From: Heterodontus francisci
Taxonomy: Eukaryota
Assembly: GCF_036365525.1 (NCBI RefSeq)
Contig: NC_090399.1
Location: 15,375,558-15,439,557, forward strand
Length of the DNA stretch: 64,000 nt
Direction: 5' to 3'
Each line of letters begins with the position of its first letter. Positions within the stretch are counted from its first letter, which is position 1. The translations under genes were made by a program, and so were the position numbers. Positions 11,391 through 22,964 of this stretch are shown piece after piece. The notes below the pieces were generated by a model. The model was not told the DNA's origin and searched no databases. It was given only the letters and a program-made list of their open reading frames with translations.

Positions 11391-11801
11391 ATGGCTTCAT
11401 TACAAGTATTAGGCAGTCTGAGAGATGAAGCAATCTGTTCAATCTGTTTGGAGTTTGACCAGGATCTGGTGACCCTGGACTGTGGTCACAGTTACTTCCC
11501 AGCCTGTATTTTACAGTATTGGGAAGCAGTGCAAGGGAAGGTGACCTGCCCACAGTGTAGGAGTGAGTTCACCCACAGGAATGTCAGACCCAACTGCTTT
11601 GTTTACAACATTGTGGAGAAACTGAAACTGAGCCAGGATCAGAAACAGGCTGAGACACATTTCCACAGTGAGGAGCACGAGGTGAAGCTGAAACACTTCT
11701 GCAATGATGATCAGAGAGTGATCTGTGTGGTGCGTTCAGTGTCCCATCAGCACAAAGACCATGAATTCAGTCCTAAAAAGGAAGCTGCTCCACTCTATAA
11801 G
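11391..11801 (+). pseudogene. TRIM A exon 1: RING and B-box2 (class IV, TRIM39/TRIM27-like), degenerate
   Basis: MASLQVLGSLRDEAICSICLEF...CGHSYFPACI...CPQCR, with the fifth RING ligand changed C>F. B-box SEEH...FCNDDQRVICVVRS...HKDH has lost two Cys. Donor AAG|GTTCGG, phase 0. Confidence 0.85.
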
Positions 11802-11859
11802 GTTCGGCCTTTATCGCTGTTCATTATGTTTCAGTCTCATTGAAATCTAATAAGGATTT

Positions 11860-13140
11860 TCATCCCCTCTCCTGTCAGCATTCCAAAGGGATCATTCCCT
11901 CCGTGCACCTCGGTCCACTCCTCCATTCCCCGACACCTCATCCCCTTCCCACGGCACCTTCCCATGCAATCACAGGAGGTGTAATACCTGCACTTTTACC
12001 TCCTCTCTCCTCACTATCCAAGGCCCCAAACACTCCTTTCAGGTGAAGCAGCGATTTACTTGTACTTCTTTCAATTTAGTATACTGTATTCACTGTTCAC
12101 AATGTGGTCTCCTCTACAGAGGGTAGACCAAACGCAGATTGGGTGACCACTTTGTGGAACACCTCCGCTCAGTCCGGAAGCATAGCCCCGAGCTTCCTGT
12201 CACTTGCCATTTCAACACACCCCCCACCCCCCACACCTCCCTGCTTTCATGCCCATATTTCTGTCCTGGACCTGCTGCAGTGTTCCAGTGAACATCAACA
12301 TAACTTCGAGGCAGATCACTCATTTACTGATTAGGCCTGCTACAGCCTGCTGGACTGAACAATGAGTTCAAAAATTTCACAGCATTACTGGCATTTTTTA
12401 ATCTTATCTTATTTTATTTTATTTTGCTTTATCATTTTTTTACCATGTGCCTACCTTAAACTGGGTCTTTCATGTTTGTGCTTTTGAACAGAACTGGCCA
12501 TTATTCTGTGGCGCAGTGGTTAGCACCGCAGCCTCACAGCTCCAGCGACCCGGGTTCAATTCTGGGTACTGCCTGTGTGGAGTTTGCAAGTTCTCCCTGT
12601 GTCTGCGTGGGTTTCCTCCGGGTGCTCCAGTTACCTCCCACATGCCAAAGACTTGCAGGTTGATAGGTAAATTGGCCATTAGCAATTGCCCCTAGTATAG
12701 GTAGGTGGTAGGGAAATATAGGGACAGGTGGGGATGTGGTAGGAATATGGAATTAGTGTAGGATTAGTATAAATGGGTGGTTGATGGTCGGCACAGACTC
12801 GGTGGGCTGAAGGGCCTGTTTCAGTGCTGTATCTCTAAACTAAACTGAACTAAACTTTCTCTGCACTAATGCTTTGTCTTTCACCACACTATTATCACAC
12901 TCCCTTTGTCTTTGCCCCATGACCACCTTGTCAGTTATTCTCTGTGACCCTCTGTCCTATCAACACCTTCCCTTTTGTTATCTATTGTCCCACCCCCGCT
13001 GTATTTGCATAAAACCTATTACATTTCTAACCTTTGCCAATTTTGATGAAAGCTCACTGACCTGAAACATTAACTCTGCTTCTCTCTCCACAGATTCTGC
13101 CAGACCTGCTGAGTATTTCCAGCATTTTCTGTCTTTTTAT
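11860..13140 (+). mobile_element. Penelope-like element 3' part (GIY-YIG region)
   Basis: Homologous to the element at 51475..52925, with QGPKHSFQVKQRFTCTSFNLVYCI-coding sequence and the terminal CCAGACCTGCTGAGTATTTCCAGCATTTTCTG motif. Confidence 0.8.
12508..12855 (+). mobile_element. tRNA-derived V-SINE (shark HE1-type), left arm only
   Basis: A box TGGCGCAGTGG, B box GGTTCAATTC, V-domain TCTGCGTGGGTTTCCTCCGGGTGCTCC, CR1-like tail ending (TAAAC)n. Empty site in the right arm near 35800. Confidence 0.9.
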
Positions 13141-14213
13141 GGAAATATTAGGATACTTGACCGAAGATTTGGCCAAAGAGGTCGGTTTTAACGGGTGTCT
13201 TGAAGAAGGAGAGAGAAGTAGAAAGGAGGAGAGGAGTGGAAAGGAATGCCAGATCTTCAGGCCCAGTCCTTCAACAGCACCTTCCAAACCCACGATCTCT
13301 ACCACCTAGAGGCAGAAGGACAGCTGATGCGTGGGAACACCACTGCCCGCAAGTTCGCCTCCAAGTCACACACCATCCTGACTTCGAACTATATCGCCAT
13401 TCCTTCACTGTCGCTGGGTAAAAATCCCGAAATTACTTTCCGAACAGCACTGTGGATGTACGTACACCCCAAGGACTGCAGTGGTTCAAGAAGGCGGCTC
13501 ATCACCACCTTCTCAATGGCAATTAGGAATGGGCAATAAATGCTGGCCTGGCCAGTGACGCCCACATCCTACGAACCAATAAAAAAAACTGAAGCATGAT
13601 CACCAATGGGAGAAGCAGTGAAAACCAGGGATGTCCAAGAGACCAGAATTGGAGAAGCGCAGAAATCTTGGAGGGTTGTAGGGCTGGAGGAGTTACAGAG
13701 GTACCTCAGATGCTCCAGCAAACAATACCTGTAACATATTCAGTGTAGGACATAAACAAATCTGCTTTGTAGCAGATGGTAATCTAATATTTAAACACTA
13801 CCAATATGTCTCATATTATCAGGCAGCGCAGTAACACTGGTCTCTCTTTATGGTCATTTACATTACGAAAGTATAGTCGGTCAATGGTGTCTCTATCATG
13901 AGAAAAACAGAGCGAATATGAAGAACCTATTCTCTCCCCACAGACCCGCATCTACCTTTGCTTCTAAAATTCATCAGTTTTCCCTGAACAGTTGCAGTGG
14001 TCTATGCCTTAACCATCCAGTGTGTCAAAGCATTCCATACTCTAACAGCAGTCTGTGTAATGGCATTTGCCCGGCCACCTCTCGTCACCCAATTCATGAT
14101 CATTTTATTGTAACTGCCACTGAGAATGAACTCTCCAATCACAGCAGAGCGATTATTACTACTGGTCTGTCAAAAACACTTGATGATTTCCTTTTAAAAC
14201 ATCTCGGTTCCAG

Positions 14214-14310
14214 GGAATGCTGCAAATATCATTGGATTCGCTTCAGAAACAAACGGAAGAGATTTGCAAAAGTCAGAAGGAAGAAGAAAGCAGAAATAAA
14301 CAAGTTGAAG
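14214..14310 (+). pseudogene. TRIM A exon 2 (coiled coil), 97 nt with a +1 frameshift and a GC donor
   Basis: Acceptor TTCCAG. Reads GMLQISLDSLQKQTEEICKSQKEEE then shifts frame to AEINKLK|GCAAG. The canonical class IV TRIM exon 2 is 96 nt. Confidence 0.75.
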
Positions 14311-15499
14311 GCAAGCTGCCTCTGAATCCTGCACCGAAACAAATCAAGCTGCAAATTGGAACAGGACAGATACCAAATTCCTTCTCCAGCACAATGTTGC
14401 AATACCATGCATATTATCGCTGACTCATAATGAGAAAGTGGGGACTTTTTTGTGAGAGTGATTTTAGATTTAGGCGATCATTCAGTTAGTCTAGAAATGG
14501 GACTAATTTCCTGATAGGAAGTGTTGCAAACAGATAGGTTCTGTGTGCCTAGAATGAGATATGAGTGGATAACAGCAGCTTCTCTTTTTCATTTCGTCTG
14601 CACCATACTTTGACAGAGCTATCTGATGAATTTTAACGTTCAGCAAATTGTGTTTAGAAATGTTCTCCTCAGAATCAACTTTGGCTGGGGATTTAACAGG
14701 GCTTTCTGTAATTCTATCCAGAGTAATGAAGATGGATAGATTTGCTTTAAGATTGTTGGTCAATCTGGAATACCGCTATCTATTAATATATAAAAACGGT
14801 ACAGATATTTGCAATTCCTGTCAACTATATATTTTATATATTCCTATGACCATATTCACAACAAGCATTCACTATATAAACTTTAGAGAATAGAATCATT
14901 GAATGATCCAGCACACATGGAGGCCACTGTGCCTCAGCCAGTCCTTTCTAAGTGCAATCCAGTTAGTCTGCAGCCTGCCCTTTTACCATAACTCAGCAAT
15001 ATTTTCCTCTTCCCATATGTATCCAAGTTCCTTTTGAATGTTATTATTGAATCCGGTTCCACAAACATTCAAGGCCGTGTATTCCAGATCACAACAGTTT
15101 GTTGCACAATGCAGAAAACACTAAATGTAGCAACGCACAATAATAGAGCTATAGGAAAACTAATGTCAATTATAACTAATATCAATTCTTCATTACAAGT
15201 AAGGATGTGTCCCATTTTCCTGGAATATTATTTACAAAGTCTCCAATGATAAGCAACCAGGGCTGAAGGAATGGATGGAAAACCATTGCACAAGGTTGTT
15301 TTTAGGCAGTCAAACTGTCAGGATTACTTTGACAATTAATAGTAAACTAATAATGAGATAATCCTTTCCTATCCGATCCAGTGTAATCATCAGAGCAGGA
15401 GGAAGATGATTTACAAAGATATATTTTTATAAACGTTCTTTGAGTCTTAGTTAGTTTAAATTGTTCTGTATAGCTGATGGTTGTTGCAATGTACCTCAT

Positions 15500-16045
15500 T
15501 CTGTTGTGTGTATAAGATCAGTTATTCGAACATACTCCTGGCCAGCCTCCCACCGTTCAACCTCCCTAAGCTTGAGCCCATCCAATACACTGCTCTCTGT
15601 ATCCTAACATGCAACAAGTCACAGTCGCCCATCATTCCAGTGCTCACTGACTTACATTGGTTCCAGGTTTGGCAACGCCTTGATCATAACATTTGAATCC
15701 TTGTGTTCAAATCCCTCTCTGTCCTCGTACTTCTCTATCTCTGTAGCCTCCTCCATCCCTACAACCCTTTGAGGTCTCTACGCTCTTCCAAGTCTGACCT
15801 CTTCCGCATTCCCGAATTCCTTCCCTCCACCATTGGCGGCTGTGCCTTCAGCTGCTGAGGCCCTGTGCTCTGGAATTCCATCCCTGCAGATTTCCACCTC
15901 TCTACCACTCTTTCCTCCTTTAAGGCGCTGCTTAAAACATTCTTCTTTGATTAAGCTTTTGGTCACCTGTGCTAAAAACTCATTATGTGGCTCGGTGACA
16001 AATTGTATCTGATAATCGCACCTGTAGCACTTTGGGACATTTTCG
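15500..16045 (+). mobile_element. L2 LINE 3' fragment
   Basis: SYSNILLASLP...PIIPVLTDLHW motif and an L2-type 3' tail. Confidence 0.75.
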
Positions 16046-16093
16046 TGCTTTAAAAGTGTTACATGAGTGCAAGGTGTCCTTTATTTCCAACAG

Positions 16094-16324
16094 CAACAAG
16101 CTGACAGTCTGCAGAAGAACATTGCGTTCAAATACAACGAATTGCACCAATTTCTGCATCAGGAGGAACTGAGCCTGAAAACTAAACTGGAGAAAATGGA
16201 GAAAACCTTATTGCAGAAAATAGAAGAAAATCTGAATAAAGTTTCTGAACAACGTGTCCACATTAAACAAACAATGACAGACATGCAAAGGAGACTGACC
16301 CTACAAAACGCTGAATTTCTGCAG
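16094..16324 (+). pseudogene. TRIM A exon 3 (coiled coil), 231 nt
   Basis: Acceptor TTTCCAACAG and donor CAG|GTATTA. Translation QQADSLQKNIAFKYNELHQFLHQEE...LQNAEFLQ. 231 nt is the typical class IV TRIM exon 3 length. No downstream PRY-SPRY exon was found on the + strand. Confidence 0.85.
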
Positions 16325-17166
16325 GTATTAACTATTGGTACATGACAAATCATCCACCAGTTCCAAAGCAAACAGGTTCTAATATCTTTTGCTCAGCGAG
16401 CAGATATATTGCAGAATCATCAGGGCCGATGTTAACTCTGTGTAAGTGGATGGTTTTGAATGGGCCCATTGAATTGTAGAATAATAGAATAATAGAATTA
16501 TACGCCCCAATTTTCAGCAATTATTCAGTCGTTAGGTCAGATGCTTGTTTAACCCCTTTATATTTCACTCTTCATTTAAAAACCAGAGGATTAATATCAA
16601 ATGGAACGTAAATAAAGTGACCCTGTTCCTGCCGAACAGGCTGGGTTCACAACTGAGTTACAGAATCTTACAGGGCAGGAACAGGATTATAAAATAAGTT
16701 GCACGTCTTTTATACTTTGATTTTGACAAACAAATCTGAAACCTTGGAAACTTTAATTAACTCTTTTGCTCTCTGACCTCCGAACTTACTGCTTACAATA
16801 CAGATTTGAATAATAATATCATTAAAACATTTAATTTGGCAATCAAAACATTTGTGCATTATTTATGAGGAATGGAATTTATCAACAATGGAAAAATGAT
16901 TTCATGAAATACAAGTAGGAGAGATGCGAGTTACATTTTACCCAATCCATGGATAGATAGATCAATATTCTAATATTGTGTAATGTATAGTTTAGTTTCT
17001 ATGAATTCATTCCTTTTAATTTTTTGAATCTACATTTGTAAATGAAAGCATTTTAGTTTGAAGTATGTTGGTCTGTGAACACTATCTGTTTTATTTCTGT
17101 AATTGTTCTTGTTACTTTGCATCTCAAAGTTACAAATTCAGTTTCAATAAAAATCATATTTCAACA

Positions 17167-17470
17167 CAGGGGTGTCCAACTTTTTTGATTGGGAGCCACA
17201 TTACAATCTTTGTCTTATATAGATGAGAAAATGTCAGAAAGATAAAGGCATTAAAATTTTATCTTACAATTAATCAACAACTGATGTGCATTTTTGTGAA
17301 CAAGCTTTAAATGAGAAGACTAATCTATTGACTTACTTTCTTGTCATTATGTTGAACACTGACTTAATGATGTATCTGGCACTGTCTTTGCTTGCATTTG
17401 TAATCTGTCTCTGCCCTCACACTTGGTGTAGCGATGTGGAATATTCCGGATAGATGCCATGTGTCAGGAG
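17167..17470. mobile_element. Probable hAT-family DNA transposon terminus
   Basis: Begins CAGGGGTGTCCAAC, a hAT/Charlie-like TIR, mirrored at about 29707-29721. A second TIR was not found. Confidence 0.4.
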
Positions 17471-17479
17471 TGATCTTGA

Positions 17480-18510
17480 TTTCTTTCTCGCCGCTCTCTG
17501 TGTCTATCTTTCTCCACTCTCTTTCTCTCCCCCTCCCTCTCTCTGTCTCTCACTCTCCCTCCCCCTCTCTCTCACATCTTTCTTTTCTTTCTTTTGGGCC
17601 TCCTTATCTCGAGAGACAATGGATACGCGCCTGGAGGTGGTCAGTGGTTTGTGAAGCAGCGCCTGGAGTGGCTATAAAGGCCAATTCTGGAGTGACAGGC
17701 TCTTCCACAGGTGCTGCAGAGAAATTTGTTTGTTGGGGCTGTTGCACAGTTGGCTCTCCCCTTGCGCCTCTGTCTTTTTTCCTGCCAACTACTAAGTCTC
17801 TTCGACTCGCCACAATTTAGCCCTGTCTTTATGGCTGCCCGCCAGCTCTGGCGAATGCTGGCAACTGACTCCCACGACTTGTGATCAATGTCACACGATT
17901 TCATGTCGCGTTTGCAGACGTCTTTATAACGGAGACATGGACGGCCGGTGGGTCTGATACCAGTGGCGAGCTCGCTGTACAATGTGTCTTTGGGGATCCT
18001 GCCATCTTCCATGCGGCTCACATGGCCACTGTGTATCTCTCGCCCCTGTCTTACTTTTTCACTCCTCTCTNNNNNNNNNNNNNNNNNNNNNNNNNNNNNN
18101 NNNNNNNNNNNNNNNNNNNNNNNNNNNNNNNNNNNNNNNNNNNNNNNNNNNNNNNNNNNNNNNNNNNNNNNNNNNNNNNNNNNNNNNNNNNNNNNNNNNN
18201 NCCCCCTATCTGTTTCTCGCCTCCCTCTCTCTGTCTGTCTTCCCCTCTGTCTCTCCTCTCTCTCTGTCTCTCCTCTCTCTCTGTCTCTCCCCCTCTCTCT
18301 GTCTCTCCCTCTCTCTGTCTCTCTTCCCTCTTTTTATCTCCCCGTCTCTCTGTCTCTCCTCCCCCTTTCTCTCCTCCCTCCCTGTCTGTCCCGTCTCTCT
18401 CTCCTCCCTCTCTCTCTGTCTCTCCCCTCTCTCAATCTCTCCCCTCTCTCTCTCTGTCTCTCCCTCCCTTTCTCTCCTCCCTCTCTGTCTGTCCTCCATC
18501 TCTCTCTGTC
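17480..18510. repeat. CT-rich polypyrimidine tract containing an assembly gap (N 18071..18201)
   Basis: (CT)n/(CTCTGT)n mosaic. Mirror of the GA tract at 28798..29400. Confidence 0.9.
17580..18027 (-). mobile_element. RTE LINE 3' end, left arm only
   Basis: ORF 17641..18021 reads SRMEDGRIPKDTLYSEL...CSTCGRACHSRIGLYSHSRRC, with an (AAAAG)n tail. Absent from the right-arm GA tract. Confidence 0.9.
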
Positions 18511-18838
18511 TCTTTTTTCCAAAAATACTTTATTCACAAACATTTGCAAATATGCATTACAAAAAGTTCAAATTTCACATTTCGGAAAGTACAATAGAGA
18601 TCAGATTTCTTCAATACATTTACATGAGGTGCCTCACAACCCATGCCATTCCATTTTATATGCAATGTATATAGCAAAAAAAACACATTTTGATGCACAC
18701 AGCATTTTACAGGGGTTCCAGACCCTCGGTTCACTATGGCAGGAGGACCTATCACAGTGGCCTTTCCCCATTGAGTCTTTGTTGCAGCCACCCCAAGCTG
18801 TAGTGAGTCCCTCAGCACGTAGTCCTGGACCTTAGAAT
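18510..18838 (-). mobile_element. L1-Tx1 3' end truncated at the inner breakpoint of the left arm
   Basis: Reverse complement of 28480..28797. Similarity stops after GGACCTTAGAAT. Confidence 0.85.
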
Positions 18839-18877
18839 CTGCTGGTGTCTCACTGCACTCAGTTACCCCACCCCTCA

Positions 18878-20851
18878 CAAAGAACAAAACAAACAAAGAA
18901 CAGTACAGCACAGGAACAGGCCATTCGGCCCTCCAAGCCTGCGCCGATCTTGATGCCTGCCTAAACTAACTCCTTCTGCACTTCCAGGGACCATATCCCT
19001 CTATTCCCTTCCTATTCATGTATTTGTCAAGATGTTTCTTAAATGTCGCTATCGTATCTGCTTCCACCACCTCCCCTGGCAGCAAGTTCCAGGCACTCAC
19101 CACCCTCTGTGTAAAAAACTTGCCTCGCACATCCCCTCTAAACTTTGCCCCTCGCACCTTAAACCTATGTCCCCTAGTAACTGACTCTTCCACCCTGGGA
19201 AAAAGCTTCTGACTATCCACTCTGTCCATGCCGCTCATAACTTTGTAAACCTCTATCATGTCGCCCCTCCACCTCCGTCATTCCAGTGAAAACAATCCGG
19301 GTTTTTCCAACCTCTCCTCATAGCTAATGCCCTCCAGACCAGGCAACATCCTGGTAAACCTCCTCTGTACCCTCTCCAAAGCCTCCACGTCCTTCTGGTA
19401 GTGTGGCGACCAGAATTGCACGCAATATTCTAAGTGTGGCCTAACTAAGGTTCTGTACAGCTGCAACATGACTTGCCAATTTTTATACTCTATGCCCCGA
19501 CCGATTAAGGCAAGCATGCCGTATGCCTTCTTGACTACCTTATCCACCTGCGTTGCCACTTTCAGTGACCTGTGGACCTGTACGCCCAGATCTCTCTGCC
19601 TGTCAATACTCCTAAGGGTTCTGCCATTTACTGTATACCTCCCACCTGTATTAGACCTTCCAAAATGCATTACCTCACATTTGTCCGGATTAAACTCCAT
19701 CTGCCATTTCTCCGCCCAAGTCGCCAACTGATCTATATCCTGCTGTTTCCTCTGACAATCCTCATCATTATCCGGCACAGTGGCGCAGTGGTTAGCATTG
19801 CAGCCTCACAGCTCCAGGGACCCGGGTTCGATTCTGGGTACTGCCTGTGTGGAGTTTGCAAGTTCTCCCTGTGTCTGCGTGGGTTTTCTCCGGGTGCTCC
19901 GGTTTCCTCCCACAAGCCAAAAGACTTGCAGGTTGGTAGGTAAATTGGCCATTATAAATTGTCACTAGTATAGGTAGGTGGTAGGGAAATATAGGGACAG
20001 GTGGGGATGTTTGGTAGGAATATGGGATTAGTGTAGGATTAGTATAAATGGGTGGTTGATGGTCGGCACAGACTCAGTGGGCCGAAGGGCCTGTTTCAGT
20101 GCTGTATCTCTAATCTAATCTAATCTAAATTATCCGCAACTCCACCAACCTTTGTGTCGTCCGCAAACTTACTCATCAGACCAGCTACATTTTCCTCCAA
20201 ATCATTTATATACACTACAAACAGCAAAGGTCCCAGCACTGATCCCTGTGAAACACCACTAGTCACATCCCTCCATTCAGAAGAACACCCTTCCACTGCT
20301 ACCCTCTGTCTTCTATGACCGAGCCAGTTCTGTATCCATCTTGCCAGCTCACCTCCGATCCCATGTGACTTCACCTTTTGTACCAGTCTGCCATGCGGGA
20401 CCTTGTCAAAGGCTTTACTAAAGTCCATATAGATAACATCCACTGCCCTTCCTTCATCAATCATCTTCGTCACTTCCTCAAAAAACTCAATCAAATTAGT
20501 AAGACACGACCTCCCCTTCACAAAACCATTCTGTCTCTCGCTAATAAGTTCGTTTGTTTCCAAATGGGAGTAAATCCTGTCCCAAATAATCCTCTCTAAT
20601 AGTTTCCCTACCACTGATGTAAGGCTCACCGGCCTATAATTTCCTGGATTATCCTTGCCACCCTTCTGAAACAAAGGAACAAATTTGGCTATTCTCCAGT
20701 CCGCTGGGACCTCACCTGTAGCCAATGAGGATGCAAAGATTTCTGTCAAGGCCCCAGCAATTTCTTCCCTTGCCTCCCTCGGTATTCTAGGGTAGATCCC
20801 ATCAGGCCCTGGGGACTTATCTCCCTTAATGCTTTGCAAGACACCCAACAC
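18878..20851 (-). mobile_element. CR1 LINE ORF2, interrupted by a V-SINE
   Basis: ORFs 20120..20851, 19278..19778 and 18966..19259 carry the RT motifs (KAFDKVPH, QGSVLGP, FADD, LVRPHLEYC). Confidence 0.92.
19776..20128 (+). mobile_element. tRNA-derived V-SINE (HE1-type) nested in CR1
   Basis: A and B boxes, V-domain and (TAATC)n tail. ATTATCCG is repeated at both flanks, consistent with a target-site duplication. Confidence 0.9.
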
Positions 20852-21025
20852 CTACCTCACCATCTCCATCTGCTGGTGTCCCTGTCTCACTGCACTCAGT
20901 TACCTCCCCCCCCTCACTATCTCCATCTGTTGGTGTCCCTGTCTCACTGCACTCAGTTACCCCCCACCCCCTCACCATCTCCATCTGCTGGTGTCGCTGT
21001 CTCACTGCACTCAATTACCCCCCAG
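20852..21025. repeat. About 57-bp minisatellite, 3 units, plus a partial unit at 18838..18878
   Basis: Unit CTCACCATCTCCATCTGCTGGTGTCCCTGTCTCACTGCACTCAGTTACCCCCCACCC. Confidence 0.85.
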
Positions 21026-21090
21026 TCACCCCTGGCTACCTCACCATACAAAAGGTCCTTGGGTATGAGACCATCTTCCATCCTGCGAAA

Positions 21091-22447
21091 CGTAGAAACA
21101 TAGAAAATTGGAGCAGGAGTAGGCCATTCAGCCCTTCGAGCCTGCTCCGCCATTCATTATGATCATGGCTGATCATCCAACTCAGTAACCTGTTCCCGCT
21201 TTCCCCCCATATCCTTTGATCCCTTTCACGCCAAGGGTTATTTCTTGCAAACGTACAATGTTTTGGCCTCAACTGCTTTCTGTGGTAGCGAATTCGACAG
21301 GCTCACCACTCTCTGGGTGAAGAAATTTCTCCTCATCTCAATCCTGAAAGGTTTACCCCATATCCTTAGACTATGACCTCTGGTTCTGGACTCACCCACC
21401 ATCGGGAACATCCTTCCTACATCTACCCTGTCAAGTCCTGTTAGAATTTTAGAAGTTTCTGTGACATCCCCTCTCACTCTTCTGAACTCCAGCGAATATA
21501 ATCCTAACTGACTCAATCTCTCCTCATACATCAGTCCCACCATCCCAGGAATTAGTCTGGTAAACCTTTGCTGCACTCCCTCTATAGCAAGAACATCCTT
21601 CCTCAGATAAGGAGACCAAAACTGCACACTATATTCCAGGTGTGGCCTCATCAAGGCCCTGTATAATTGTAGCAAGACATCCCTGCTCCTGTACTCGAAT
21701 CCTCTCGGTATGAAAGCCAACATACCATTTGCCTTTTTTACCACCTGTTGCACCTGCAAGCTTACCTTCAGCGACTGGTGTACGAGTACACCCAGGTCTC
21801 GTTGCATATTCCCCTCTCTTAGTTTATAGCCATTCAGATAATAATCTGCCTTCCCGTTTTTGCTACCAATGTGGATAACCTCACATTTATCCACATTATA
21901 CTGCATCTGCCATGCGTTAGCCCACTCACACAACTTGTCCAAATCACCCTGAAACCTCTCTGCATCCTCCTCACAACTCACCCTCCCACCCAGTTTTGTG
22001 TCATCTGCAAATTTGGAGATATTACATTGAGTTGCCTCATCTAAATCATTAATGTATATTGTGAATAGCTGAAGTCCTGGCACCGATCCCTGAGGTACTG
22101 CACTACTCACTGACTGCCAATCGGAAAAAGATCTGTTTATCCCTACTTTTTGTTTCCTGTCCGCCAAGCAAATTTCTATCCATCGCAATACACTACCCCC
22201 AATCCCATGCACTTTAATTTTGCATGCTAATCTCTTATGTGAGACTTTGTCTAAAGCCTTCTCAAAGTCCAAATAAACCACCTCCACTGGCTCCCCCTCA
22301 TCAACTCTACTAGTTACATCCTCGAAGAATTCTAGTAGATTTCCCTTTCGTAAATCCATGCTGACTCTGTCCGATTCTACCACTGTTCTCCCAGTGCTCT
22401 GCTTTAAAATCTTTGATAATAGACTCTAGAATTTTCCCCACTACCAA
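21091..22447 (-). mobile_element. CR1 LINE ORF2 3' half
   Basis: ORF 21238..22383 (381 aa) with YLDFEKALDKV, QGSV, FADD and RPHLEYSVQFWSPYL. Confidence 0.92.
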
Positions 22448-22964
22448 CCCATCGAAGCCGCATTTGTTTGCCAACACATTTGGGAGCTCTGCCTTTGAGA
22501 GGACTGTCACATTTGTGATTTTGTCTGGATGAAATTCCGTCCCTCGGTATATTCTACCGTTTTATGTCTGGTTACTTTGTATTATTTACTGTTACTAGGG
22601 CGTCTTCAATTTCATTTTAAAGTCCTGACAATCTAAAGCAGACTATCCAAAATGAATTGAATGCAGCAGCCTGGACTGAAATTGACTGCAAACCCATGGA
22701 ATCACAAGCATTTAATCACAGCTTTCCCCATTACGTCCTTTATTCAATAACAGAAAAAAGCACAGTCTCAGTTCAGCTGGAATACAGCGAGAGTTTATTC
22801 CAGAACAATGTCAATTACTCTTTTATAATTCCAAAGACATCCACAAGATAATCCAGAGTGACAGCAAAGGAATGGCTGTTGTGGTTTGCTTTTTAAAATC
22901 TTCAACATGACTCAAAAATATGAACGCTAAATCTGATTTTTAGCGATTCATTTCTCCATCAGAT

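Larger units (their letters stand above)
5705..18838 (+). repeat. Left arm of large inverted segmental duplication (partner about 28480..43795)
   Basis: Colinear reverse-complement similarity throughout. Examples: ORF 7875..8123(+) has the same translation as 41254..41502(-), 11391..11843(+) pairs with 36456..36908(-), and 16067..16345(+) pairs with 30551..30832(-). Confidence 0.95.

Noticed and set aside
12508-12580. tRNA gene (also 19776..19845)
   Set aside because: The A and B boxes belong to V-SINE heads; no full cloverleaf, and a SINE body and tail follow.
17881-18835. Long Ser/Leu/Pro or Arg/Glu ORFs (also 28694..29447)
   Set aside because: Artefacts of CT/GA tracts and an N gap.
20852-21025. 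CRISPR-like array (also 49992..50210 and 56105..56320)
   Set aside because: Head-to-tail tandem repeats without unique spacers, in vertebrate DNA with no cas genes.
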